From: a virus
Taxonomy: Duplodnaviria; Caudoviricetes
Strand: one strand, 5' to 3'
DNA: 32,835 nucleotides
IMG/VR virus record: IMGVR_UViG_3300046710_000543
Location: 1-32,835 of that record
The position numbers were made by a program, and so were the translations under genes. Every line of letters begins with the position of its first letter. Position 1 is the stretch's first letter. The notes below the pieces were generated by a model. That model made no database searches. It saw only the letters and a program-made list of their open reading frames with translations, and was not told the DNA's origin. Positions 8,268 through 16,528 of the stretch are shown in pieces.

Positions 8268-8647
8268 AAACATGCCCTTACTGCGGCCGGGAATACCCGG
8301 ACGATGCGACGGTCTGCACGATTGACCAGAATTTGCTTGTCCCCGCCGTCGCCGCCGCTCCCGCCCCAGTTGCCCCACCATCTGCGACGAAGGCGTCGCA
8401 GTCACCCGACGAAGCCGGGCAACTCCGGACTCAAGCGGAAAAGTTTCAGTTCTGGTCGTTGATTTTATTCGCGGCAGGTTTGCTCTGCTGGTTGGGAGCA
8501 ATTTTCAGTTTTGTAAACTCTGGCGGTTTGGAAGCCGGCGTTCCCTGGCATTGGGGTTCAATTGGCGGCAGCCTGATCAGCGCCAGCGTCCTGTTGTTTT
8601 TCTTCGCGCAGCTCATCCACATCCGCGCGCTGCTGGCGAAAAAATAA
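8264..8647 (+). CDS. Zinc-ribbon membrane protein with two TM segments
   Basis: ATG 8264 (ATGA overlap); CPYC...CTID and two hydrophobic helices. Confidence 0.8.
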   Translation: MKTCPYCGREYPDDATVCTIDQNLLVPAVAAAPAPVAPPSATKASQSPDEAGQLRTQAEKFQFWSLILFAAGLLCWLGAIFSFVNSGGLEAGVPWHWGSIGGSLISASVLLFFFAQLIHIRALLAKK

Positions 8648-8686
8648 TCCTCGACGGCGTGGGCTGAAACTGACTAGATAGCCCTT

Positions 8687-8722
8687 CGGGCGGCACTGCG
8701 GAGGAGCGGGCCGCCCGTTTTT
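8687..8722 (+). terminator. Intrinsic terminator closing the repressor operon
   Basis: CGGGCGGC...GCCGCCCG followed by TTTTT. Confidence 0.7.
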
Positions 8723-8738
8723 GTCCCCTCACAACTTA

Positions 8739-8788
8739 AGGCTCTCGGAGCCTGCCTCCTTTCTCCCGGTCACGGCATAGTCGCGGCG
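8739..8788 (+). promoter_or_regulatory. Putative activator-dependent late promoter
   Basis: Dyad AGGCTC-tcg-GAGCCT (8739-8753), -10-like CATAGT (8776-8781), no clear -35. Confidence 0.45.
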
Positions 8789-8807
8789 TGCATCGGGCAA
8801 CTATTCT

Positions 8808-8878
8808 GGTTGAGAGTTTTGGGTTGAGAGTTGAGGGTTCGCCTTCAGCCTTCAGCCTTCAGCCTTCAGCCTTAACCA
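8808..8878. repeat. Head-to-head heptamer arrays (GGTTGAG type, then TCAGCCT x4)
   Basis: Read directly; the two halves are imperfectly complementary. Confidence 0.9.
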
Positions 8879-8962
8879 TTGAAGGCCGGCGGGCGGCTTG
8901 TTCCTCCGCAAGGTCGCCCGACCTTGTCACCCAGCAGTCCGCCGGGCCTTCCCCTGCCCAAA

Positions 8963-8990
8963 TCAGAAAGCAGAAAACAGAAAACAGAAA
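8963..8990. repeat. Heptamer array (nCAGAAA x4) ending 2 nt before ATG 8993
   Basis: tcagaaa gcagaaa acagaaa acagaaa. Confidence 0.9.
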
Positions 8991-8992
8991 TT

Positions 8993-9496
8993 ATGATCAC
9001 TCACATTGACGGCGGGCTGAATGGTCTGGTGGCGCACTGGTCGGTTTCCGACGCGGCCGTCGTCCGCACCTTGTCGCATCAGTACGCCGGTTACGAATTG
9101 GCCCAAATCACCACGTACGATGTCGGCGGCAACGTAATTGACGACCACCTGTTCCCGGTCGGCGACCGGGTGTTTATCGAACTCCCGTCCGGCCAATGGC
9201 TTTATGAAGCCAGCCCGGATGGCATGACCTGGCACAACGTACTGGGCAACCAGGAGATCAACGGGTTGCCTCCCATGCTCACCGGCGGGCCAGGTGTTCA
9301 TGTCCAGGTGTTCGTGGACGGCGAGCCAGGCGCGTTGGAAGTCTGGGGCCGCTGCACGCTGCAGGGAGTTCCCGCGCCCGCGCCTGCGCCGGTCATTACC
9401 ACGGCGGCGGTCAAGCAACTCACAACCAACGTGGCGGCTTTGCAAACGAACGTTGCCACCATCAACGCGATCCTGAAACGGAACCGTTTGAAATAA
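8993..9496 (+). CDS. Hypothetical protein, beta-rich with a C-terminal coiled coil
   Basis: ATG 8993 (MITHIDGG); PAPAPAP linker, then heptad pattern. Confidence 0.75.
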   Translation: MITHIDGGLNGLVAHWSVSDAAVVRTLSHQYAGYELAQITTYDVGGNVIDDHLFPVGDRVFIELPSGQWLYEASPDGMTWHNVLGNQEINGLPPMLTGGPGVHVQVFVDGEPGALEVWGRCTLQGVPAPAPAPVITTAAVKQLTTNVAALQTNVATINAILKRNRLK

Positions 9497-9524
9497 ATTT
9501 CCCAAACAAACAAACAACCAAATG

Positions 9525-9556
9525 GCCGCGGTCCCGCAGTGCGGGACCGCAGCTAC
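9525..9556 (-). repeat. GTAG-type REP element
   Basis: Minus strand reads GTAG-CTGCGGTCCCGC-ACT-GCGGGACCGCGG. Confidence 0.75.
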
Positions 9557-9564
9557 AAAATCCC

Positions 9565-10041
9565 ATGAAAAATAAAACCATCCTGTTCGCATCGTTGCTG
9601 GCCATCGGGGCTGGTCTTCTCCTCACCGCCTGCAACACCGCGCCGCGGCGCGACATTGTAGCCATCAAATCTACCGTGCTCGGCTTCGACGTTTCCGCCG
9701 ATGCCGGCACGCAAATTCCGCACGTCCGGCTCGGCCTGGTCAGGAGTTTCTACCAGGTCATTCCCGTTGCCATGAGCACTTCCAATACAGTGGCCTCGGT
9801 GGAAACGCCGAACTACGCCACCAGCATGACGGCGGACATGGGACTCACCAGCCAGCAAGGCTCGGAGGAGTTTGCCACTGGCAATGCGGCCGACTTGCAA
9901 ACCAAGGATAAAACCACCGCACAGATTGGCGCCGCCAAACTTCGCGCGGTTGCAACCGTCTTTACGCCGGCTGGCGCCGTGCCTGTGATTATCCCCGCGC
10001 CCACCAACGCCGTCCCGGTCACCAGCACGAACGCGCCGTAA
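9565..10041 (+). CDS. Lipoprotein, spanin candidate
   Basis: Lipobox LLLTAC; beta-rich; located at the usual lysis position. Confidence 0.75.
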   Translation: MKNKTILFASLLAIGAGLLLTACNTAPRRDIVAIKSTVLGFDVSADAGTQIPHVRLGLVRSFYQVIPVAMSTSNTVASVETPNYATSMTADMGLTSQQGSEEFATGNAADLQTKDKTTAQIGAAKLRAVATVFTPAGAVPVIIPAPTNAVPVTSTNAP

Positions 10042-10043
10042 AG

Positions 10044-10071
10044 CAAAGGCTGAAGGCTGAAGGCTGAAGGT
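10044..10071. repeat. Intergenic heptamer array (TGAAGGC)
   Basis: aaaggc tgaaggc tgaaggc tgaaggt, then taaaATG. Confidence 0.9.
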
Positions 10072-10075
10072 TAAA

Positions 10076-10756
10076 ATGACCGACGCTCGCACCATCTACC
10101 TCTTCGTGAACGGCATTGCCGTCTGGCCCGGCAACTTCACGAACTGGAACAAGCGCGCCGTCACGTTCATCCATACCCAAACGCCACATCGCGCCGAGGC
10201 GTTTGAGTATTTTTGCACGCTCATCACCCGGCCATTCCGCGAGGACCAGCGCGCCAAACATTTCGCCCGCGCCCTCCGCGAATACTCCGCGCGCGGCTGG
10301 CAGATCGTCTGCGTCGGCCACAGCAACGGTTGCGACGTTATCCTGGACGGCCTCAAGCGCGCCGGCTATCTGCGCGTCGAGGCCGTGCACCTCGTGTGCG
10401 GCGCGTGTGAGGCAGACTTTTCGCAGAACGGTTTGAACCATGCCCTGTCCTTTGGCCACATTGGAAAAGTTTACGTTTACAACGCGCTTAAAGATTGGGC
10501 GCTTCCCCTGGCGCACACCCTGCCCGGAAAAATTCTCGGCTACGGCACGCTCGGTTTGGACGGCGCACTGCACATTGCGGAAGACGTAAAAGACCGCGTC
10601 GGTCAACTTTGGTGGGACAGCTACGGCCACTCCACCTGCTGGCTCCCGGACCATTTCCACTGCACGATGAAACACTTTTTTGCCGAGTTGCCCCAAGGAA
10701 TCACCGCCATCGGTCAAAGCCGGCTGCGCCAGCCGGCCTGGGAGGCCCGCCCGTGA
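10076..10756 (+). CDS. Alpha/beta hydrolase (lipase/esterase-like)
   Basis: FVNGI, nucleophile elbow VGHSNG, D in KDWAL, H in YGHS. Confidence 0.85.
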   Translation: MTDARTIYLFVNGIAVWPGNFTNWNKRAVTFIHTQTPHRAEAFEYFCTLITRPFREDQRAKHFARALREYSARGWQIVCVGHSNGCDVILDGLKRAGYLRVEAVHLVCGACEADFSQNGLNHALSFGHIGKVYVYNALKDWALPLAHTLPGKILGYGTLGLDGALHIAEDVKDRVGQLWWDSYGHSTCWLPDHFHCTMKHFFAELPQGITAIGQSRLRQPAWEARP

Positions 10757-10953
10757 TCGACCCCGCCAACATTCCGGCACCGGCGCAGGTACAGTCCACG
10801 TTAAACGCCTGGCATCTCGTCGCGCTCGGCGTCGGCGCGTTCATCACGCACGTCTATCACACCGTCGTCAACGCCGGCGGCGTCAAACAAATCTGGCGCA
10901 ACTTCTGGAGCGGCCCGGCAAAAGACACTCAACCCTCAACTCTCAACCATTAA
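10753..10953 (+). CDS. Small membrane protein, holin candidate, with a repeat-encoded tail (QPSTLNH)
   Basis: GTGA and TAATG overlaps; one hydrophobic segment; array ctcaacc ctcaact ctcaacc at 10928-10948. Confidence 0.6.
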   Translation: MIDPANIPAPAQVQSTLNAWHLVALGVGAFITHVYHTVVNAGGVKQIWRNFWSGPAKDTQPSTLNH

Positions 10954-11294
10954 TGGACCCGAATATCCCGGCCGAAATCTTGAAGTGGACACTCATCACC
11001 CTGGGCGGCCTGTTGGGTCTGGCGGCCATCATCATTGGGATCGTCATGGCGTTCCGTAAGCCGAACAAGGTGAAGCTCGACGACAACCCGGCCATCAAAT
11101 ACGAAAAAGCCCCCAAGCGCTTCAATTTTGAACTCTGCAAAACCCAACACGTCCACCTTGAGCACCGACTAGAAGTGCTTGAGCACTGGCGCGCCGAGGA
11201 GCTGGTCATCAACGCCAAGCGCAACCAAAAGCTCATGTTCGCGCTCGGAAAGATTGCCCAGAAACTGGGCGTGGACATTGAACCCGCCGATTAA
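10953..11294 (+). CDS. Single-TM coiled-coil protein (Mu gp25-like position)
   Basis: N-terminal TM; precedes the gp26/27/28-like genes. Confidence 0.65.
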   Translation: MDPNIPAEILKWTLITLGGLLGLAAIIIGIVMAFRKPNKVKLDDNPAIKYEKAPKRFNFELCKTQHVHLEHRLEVLEHWRAEELVINAKRNQKLMFALGKIAQKLGVDIEPAD

Positions 11295-11298
11295 CCCT

Positions 11299-11550
11299 AT
11301 GACCACACGCGAAGCAAAACTTTGCAAAGCCATCCTGGACGAACTGCACGACCTGGACGGTGGCCAATATACCGAGCTGCAAATCCACGGCGCTGTATTC
11401 ACGCAAGGCTTGAAGTTCTCCCTGGGCGAGTTGGAAGGAGCCATAGCCATTTGCAACGTTCGGCGCTGGATCGTCGGCGCTCCCGGCGTGGCCGGAAAAA
11501 TGAAATGGAACATCAGCGACCGCGGCGCGACCGCGCGACTGGAACTGTGA
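11299..11550 (+). CDS. Mu gp26-like small winged-helix protein
   Basis: ATG 11299; AILDEL...WNISDRG pattern and synteny. Confidence 0.65.
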   Translation: MTTREAKLCKAILDELHDLDGGQYTELQIHGAVFTQGLKFSLGELEGAIAICNVRRWIVGAPGVAGKMKWNISDRGATARLEL

Positions 11551-12117
11551 ATGAAAAAACCAGACAAACTCCGCGCAACGTCGCCGGGCAAACCCGACAG
11601 CGAGCTGACCAAGCTCAAGGCGCGCTGGCGCGATACCATGTCCGAGCCGGCGCGGGAATTCTGGCGGGTGCTCTTTATTTCGCCAACCTCACAGGCGGAA
11701 ATTCGCAAACAGATTTCAGCCAAACTGCATGTCCGGCTGGAGGACGATTCGCAACTGAACCGGTTTCGGGACTGGGAACTGGAGCAACGGCAGATGGACC
11801 TGGAAGCCGAGCGGGCGGCCGAGGAGGAGCGCCGGCTGATCGAGGAACATCCGGACTGGACAAAAGACCAGGTGCGAGAGGATTTGTTGCGGCGTTTCTA
11901 CAACCGCGCCCGGGCGACCGGCGATGCGAAGCTCGGCCTCAAGACCATCGCGGCGGACGCCAAACTGGAATCGCTCGGCTTGGATCGGGAGAAATTAGCG
12001 ATCCTCAAACGCAAGGCGGAACAAGCCGATACGGCCACCGGCATTTTGAAAAACAAGAAACTGACCGAAGACGAGAAACGGCAGCGGATGCTCGAACTGT
12101 TTGGAGTGGGCGCGTAA
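11551..12117 (+). CDS. Small terminase subunit, Mu gp27-like
   Basis: Helical 188-aa protein ending ELFGVG, coupled (TAATG) to the large terminase. Confidence 0.7.
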   Translation: MKKPDKLRATSPGKPDSELTKLKARWRDTMSEPAREFWRVLFISPTSQAEIRKQISAKLHVRLEDDSQLNRFRDWELEQRQMDLEAERAAEEERRLIEEHPDWTKDQVREDLLRRFYNRARATGDAKLGLKTIAADAKLESLGLDREKLAILKRKAEQADTATGILKNKKLTEDEKRQRMLELFGVGA

Positions 12118-13640
12118 TGGCCAACCTAAAATCCACATCCAAAAAGGAAGCCTTCGAGCTTCTGCGCGCGAAGCGCGAGGCCGCGCTCAAGACTGCCGGC
12201 ACGCTTAACGACGTGCCGCTGGATGAACTGGCCGAGCGCGTTAAAAATCATCCCCTGGGCACAAACGTCAACGGTTGGGTGAATCCCTACGCGGCTGATG
12301 ATCCACGCAACCTGCTGCTCGAATATCAGTTTGCGAACCGTGAGGACAAAAGCCGCTTTAAAATTTCCCTCATGGGCCGGCAGACCGGAAAGGATTTCAC
12401 CAGCGAAAGCGAAATCGCCGAGGATTGCCTCGTGCGGCCCAAGACCGACTGGATGATTGCCGCGCCATCCGAACGCCAGGCGCTCGACACGCTCGACCAG
12501 GGCAAGACCTGGGCGGAAGGGTTCGATCTCAAGATTGACGATTACCAGGAAACGCGCGAGGGCAACAGCGAGACGCTGTTGCGCAGCGCGCAGATCACCT
12601 TCAGCAACGGCAGCCGCATGCGCGCCGTGCCGGGCAAGCCGGACACCGTTCGCGGACGCAGCTCGAATGTTTATCTGACCGAGGCGGACTTTTTTGAGAA
12701 CCCCCAGGCGACACTCCGCGCTATTTTTCCGAGCATCACCAATCCGCTGCGCGGCGGTGAAAAGCGGATGCGCATCGTCACCACACCCAACGGTGCCGGT
12801 TCCGCCTGCCAGAGAATCTGGACCTCCCCCGACGGCGCCCGGATGAAGTGGTCGCGCCATTTCACGACCATTTACCACGCGGTATTGATGGGCCTGCCGG
12901 TGGACGTGGAACAATTGCGCGAGGCGTTCGACGACCCGGACGGGTTCAACCAGGAATATCTCTGCCAGTTCCTCGACACGAACAACGTCCTGCTGCCTTA
13001 CGATCTCATCTTCCTGGCCGAGAGCGCGGATGCCACCGAGATGTGGAACCTCGCCGAGTCTGGAAAATCCAATCCCACTTTTTGCGGCATAGATTTTGGC
13101 CGGACCAACGACCCCACCGTCTGCTGGACCTTGCAACAGGTCGGCGATGTTTTGTGGACCCGTGAAGTTTTGGTTTTGAAAAGCGTCTCCTCACCCGACC
13201 AGGAGCAGATTTTAAAATCACGCATCGCCGCCGCGCAGCGCGTCTGCTTTGACTACACCGGGCCGGGCATCGGCCTGGGAGATTATTTGGTGGACCAGAA
13301 GCGCGGCGGGTTTGGCCAGTGGAAGCCGGAGGAGCACAAGTTCGGCAAGGTGGAACTGTTCACCTTCACACCCAAATCCAAACGGCTTTTATTTCCCACA
13401 CTGCGGTCCCGGTTCAAAGATGCCCAGGGCGTTTGTAAAATCCGCGTGCCGGTTTCCACCGTCATCCGGGAAGACCTGCACGAGATGCAGCAAGTCATCA
13501 CGAACGGGGAATATAATTATTGGTCGCGCCGCACCCGCGAAGGCCACAGCGACCGCTGCACCGCCCTCGCGCTCGCTGTGCGCGCCGCGGGAGATTTGCG
13601 CGCCACCTGGGGCGGCGGAAGGGGGGCCAGCCTGATATGA
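12117..13640 (+). CDS. terL: Terminase large subunit, Mu gp28-like
   Basis: GRQTGKD, RGRSSNVYLTE, TTPNG, FNQEYLCQF, nuclease motifs GIDFGRTND, DYTGPG and HSDRCTALALA; start moved to ATG 12117. Confidence 0.92.
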   Translation: MANLKSTSKKEAFELLRAKREAALKTAGTLNDVPLDELAERVKNHPLGTNVNGWVNPYAADDPRNLLLEYQFANREDKSRFKISLMGRQTGKDFTSESEIAEDCLVRPKTDWMIAAPSERQALDTLDQGKTWAEGFDLKIDDYQETREGNSETLLRSAQITFSNGSRMRAVPGKPDTVRGRSSNVYLTEADFFENPQATLRAIFPSITNPLRGGEKRMRIVTTPNGAGSACQRIWTSPDGARMKWSRHFTTIYHAVLMGLPVDVEQLREAFDDPDGFNQEYLCQFLDTNNVLLPYDLIFLAESADATEMWNLAESGKSNPTFCGIDFGRTNDPTVCWTLQQVGDVLWTREVLVLKSVSSPDQEQILKSRIAAAQRVCFDYTGPGIGLGDYLVDQKRGGFGQWKPEEHKFGKVELFTFTPKSKRLLFPTLRSRFKDAQGVCKIRVPVSTVIREDLHEMQQVITNGEYNYWSRRTREGHSDRCTALALAVRAAGDLRATWGGGRGASLI

Positions 13641-13759
13641 CCAAATTTTCCTCAAAAGCGGCATTCTGGCATCTTTCCCGCCATTCGCCTGCCGGACGCC
13701 TGCTAGACCCCTGCTGTTCGCGGCAGCAGGCAGAATTTTTGGGGGTCACACCCGCATGA
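13637..13759 (+). CDS. 40-aa spacer ORF linking terL and portal
   Basis: ATGA overlaps at both ends; no motif. Confidence 0.4.
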   Translation: MTKFSSKAAFWHLSRHSPAGRLLDPCCSRQQAEFLGVTPA

Positions 13760-16038
13760 ATCCGGATTTTGCCATCAAGGCGGAAAATTTCCTACGCACC
13801 CAGACCGCCATGCGCGACTGGCACAAGGTCGCCTTCCTGACAAAAGATGTCTCAGACGCCACGCTCGGCCAGGGAAATTTCACCCAGGGCATCCCCGCTT
13901 TTTGGTTCGCCCGCGGCATTGACGGCGGCTCAGGCGATCACCTCTCGCAACCCTACGCCGCCAGCGCCTGGGTCCGGCGCGCCATCAAATTTGTTTCCGG
14001 TCCCATCAGCTCCGTTGACCTGGTGTTTTCCCGGCCGTCATCGAGCACGGCCATGCGCCGACACAAAGGCAAGGGACCGCGCCTCTTCACCGCGCGCGGC
14101 ATTGTGCGCCGCGACGCCACCGCCGAGGTCGAACTGCCTCAGATCCGAGAGTTCCTCAAACAGCCCATGCTCGGCCTCACCTACGAAGATTTTGTCGAGG
14201 CCAGCATCGGCTGGATGAAGTTGCAGGAATGTTTCTGGATCATCGCGGATGAAGGTGCGCGCGTGCCGTTTCCGGAAGTGAAGACGAATCCGTTCGCGCC
14301 CATCATCGTCGCCCGTCCGGACCGGATGCGCGCCACCGTCGAGGCCGGCAAGATCATCGCCTGGAATTTCACCGACGCGAGCGGCAAGGTCTGGGAACTC
14401 GAACCCGAACAAGTCGTGCGCCTCTTCGGCTGGAATCCTTACGACCCGCATCGCGGCCTGGGCGATTATCCCAGCGCGGCCCTGGCCGCCGAGAGCCATC
14501 ACCTCGGCTCCAAGTTCAAACGCAACCTCACGGCGGACAATGATACCGCGCCCATTATCTCCGCAAAAAACGGAACGCCCACCGACACACAGATCGAGCA
14601 GATCAAACTTTCCATTGCCGAGCGGCGCTCGGCCCGCATGCGCGGCAACTCCAAGGCGCTCTTCCTGCCCGGCGAGGTGGACGTGCATGATCCCAAGATT
14701 CTATCCGTGGACGCCGCCTTCATCGCCGGCATGATGGAAGACCGTCACGAAATCTTCATGGCCTTTGGCGTTCCGCCGAGTCTCGCCGACGTGCGCGCGA
14801 GTTATTCCATCGGGCAGGCCAGCGACTGGTTCGCGCTCGTGTTCAATACCTGCATTCCCGAAGGCAACAAGTTTTGCGCCGCGCTCGAATCCCTCATCAA
14901 GCTCCTCACCGGCGAGAGCGTCGAGGTATCGCTCGACTGGGACGATCACTACGTCATGCAGCAGGTCCGCAGCGAACGGATGAAGGATGCGGACAGCCTC
15001 TTCATCAAAGGAATGCCGATGAAGCAGGTGAGTGAGTATCTGAATCTCGGCCTGCCGGAATACGACGAATGGGACCAGGGCTATATGCCCATCAACCTCA
15101 CGCCCGTCAGCGCCGCGCAGAATGAAGCCGCGCAGACCGTCGAGCCGGTCACCACCGATGATTTCGCTGAAGGCGAGCCAACAAAGCCTGGTGAAGCGAA
15201 ACCGCCGGTCACGGCCATGCTGCGCGTTTTGAAAATTGGAAAGCAGAAAGCAGAAAGCAGAAATAAGAAAATATGGGAAGCGCACATGCGGCTGCGCGCG
15301 AAGTCGGTCAAGTTGTTCCAGTCCAAATGCTCGAAGGTCTTTAACGACTACCGCGTGACCGCGCTGCGCCGGTTCGAAGCCGCGCAAAAGTCCGTGGTGG
15401 CGGCGGACCTCACCAGCAAAGGTCTCGTGGACGTGATCTTCAACCCCAAGTTGTTCGGCCTCGACCTGTTCAAGGCGCTCGATCCCGTCATGCGCGCCAC
15501 GCTGCAGACGGCCGGCGATGAACTCCACGACGAGATCGGCCAGGACGATCCCTGGAAAATGGCGCCGCGCCAGGCGATCAACTTCATCAGTCTGCGCGAA
15601 GGAAAAATAAAAGACGTGGGCGAGACCGCCCAGGCGCAGCTTAACAACGCGCTGGCCACCGGCATTGACGCCGGCGAGACCACCGAGCAACTCGCCGGCC
15701 GTGTGCGCGGCGTGTTCAACGATCTGCAAAAGTTCGAGGCCCGCCGGATCGCGATGACCGAGACCAGCGCGGCCTACGGTTTCGCCCGGCACGAGGCCAT
15801 GACCGATGCCGGCATCGAATACAAAGGCTGGCTCACCAGCCACGGTCCCACCGTGCGCGAAGCCCACGCCCAGGCCGAGGCCGATTACGCCGACAACCCG
15901 ATCCCGCTGGACGAGCCGTTCATCGTGGACGGCGAGGAGTTGATGTATCCCGGCGATGAGAGCGGCTCGCCCGAGAACGTGATCAACTGCCATTGCATCC
16001 AGCTCGCCATGAAAAAACCGGAAGGAGAAACCGCATGA
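13756..16038 (+). CDS. HK97-family portal fused to a MuF/SPP1 gp7-like head morphogenesis domain
   Basis: Portal motifs (WVRRAIKF, RPDRM, EIFMAFGVPPSL), then RIAMTET...KGW...VREAH...YPGD...INCHC. Confidence 0.9.
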   Translation: MNPDFAIKAENFLRTQTAMRDWHKVAFLTKDVSDATLGQGNFTQGIPAFWFARGIDGGSGDHLSQPYAASAWVRRAIKFVSGPISSVDLVFSRPSSSTAMRRHKGKGPRLFTARGIVRRDATAEVELPQIREFLKQPMLGLTYEDFVEASIGWMKLQECFWIIADEGARVPFPEVKTNPFAPIIVARPDRMRATVEAGKIIAWNFTDASGKVWELEPEQVVRLFGWNPYDPHRGLGDYPSAALAAESHHLGSKFKRNLTADNDTAPIISAKNGTPTDTQIEQIKLSIAERRSARMRGNSKALFLPGEVDVHDPKILSVDAAFIAGMMEDRHEIFMAFGVPPSLADVRASYSIGQASDWFALVFNTCIPEGNKFCAALESLIKLLTGESVEVSLDWDDHYVMQQVRSERMKDADSLFIKGMPMKQVSEYLNLGLPEYDEWDQGYMPINLTPVSAAQNEAAQTVEPVTTDDFAEGEPTKPGEAKPPVTAMLRVLKIGKQKAESRNKKIWEAHMRLRAKSVKLFQSKCSKVFNDYRVTALRRFEAAQKSVVAADLTSKGLVDVIFNPKLFGLDLFKALDPVMRATLQTAGDELHDEIGQDDPWKMAPRQAINFISLREGKIKDVGETAQAQLNNALATGIDAGETTEQLAGRVRGVFNDLQKFEARRIAMTETSAAYGFARHEAMTDAGIEYKGWLTSHGPTVREAHAQAEADYADNPIPLDEPFIVDGEELMYPGDESGSPENVINCHCIQLAMKKPEGETA
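15229..15270. repeat. In-frame heptamer array (GCAGAAA) at the portal-MuF boundary
   Basis: ttgaaaa ttggaaa gcagaaa x3 taagaaa = LKIGKQKAESRNKK. Confidence 0.85.
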
Positions 16039-16229
16039 GCAAAACTTTCACCAGGGCTTTGCGCCCGGACATCAAGGTCCGCCGGACCGGCTGGCTCGGC
16101 CTGGGCCGCAAAATCGAAGTCAGCGGCGGCGGCCTGACCTATCGCGTGGACCGCAAGGGCGCGAATGCGGACACCGCCGCCGCCATCAACAGTCGCATCC
16201 CGTTCACGACCATCCGCAAACCGCTATGA
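16035..16229 (+). CDS. Small basic protein (64 aa)
   Basis: ATGA overlaps at both ends; AGGAG upstream. Confidence 0.65.
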   Translation: MSKTFTRALRPDIKVRRTGWLGLGRKIEVSGGGLTYRVDRKGANADTAAAINSRIPFTTIRKPL

Positions 16230-16528
16230 TCCGCCACCCGTCACCCGTCACCCGCCACCCGTCACCCTGGAGCGATGCCGGGTCGCTGAAAGCCGTCCGC
16301 CGCGAGATGGTCAAGGCGCGCCTGGCGGACACCGTGGCCGTCTCGATGAGTTTGAGAAATTTCTGGCGGCCGCTGGTCCTCTGGCGCGCCGTCAAGTTCA
16401 TTTTCCGAAACCAGCGCCGGCAGAAGATCCTCGCGCGCCTGTCGCGCGCCCGCATGGGCTTCGCCTGGCGCGATTCGCGTCCGCTCAAACTCCAACGCCA
16501 GCTCGGCCTCAAACCAAAATTATCATGA
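16226..16528 (+). CDS. Very basic 100-aa protein with a repeat-encoded N-terminus (RHPSPVTRHPSP)
   Basis: ATGA overlaps at both ends. Confidence 0.6.
   Translation: MIRHPSPVTRHPSPWSDAGSLKAVRREMVKARLADTVAVSMSLRNFWRPLVLWRAVKFIFRNQRRQKILARLSRARMGFAWRDSRPLKLQRQLGLKPKLS
16231..16267. repeat. Heptamer array CCG(T/C)CAC x5
   Basis: Read directly. Confidence 0.9.

Noticed and set aside
9501-9522. CAAA tetramer run before the REP element
   Set aside because: Too short; probably an ordinary A/C-rich unstructured spacer.
11322-12116. 265-aa N-terminal extension of terL in the ORF track
   Set aside because: Overlaps two credible genes in other frames; ATG 12117 is coupled by TAATG. The extensions at 1915-2580, 6334-6744, 16165-16524 and 24399-24620 were trimmed likewise.
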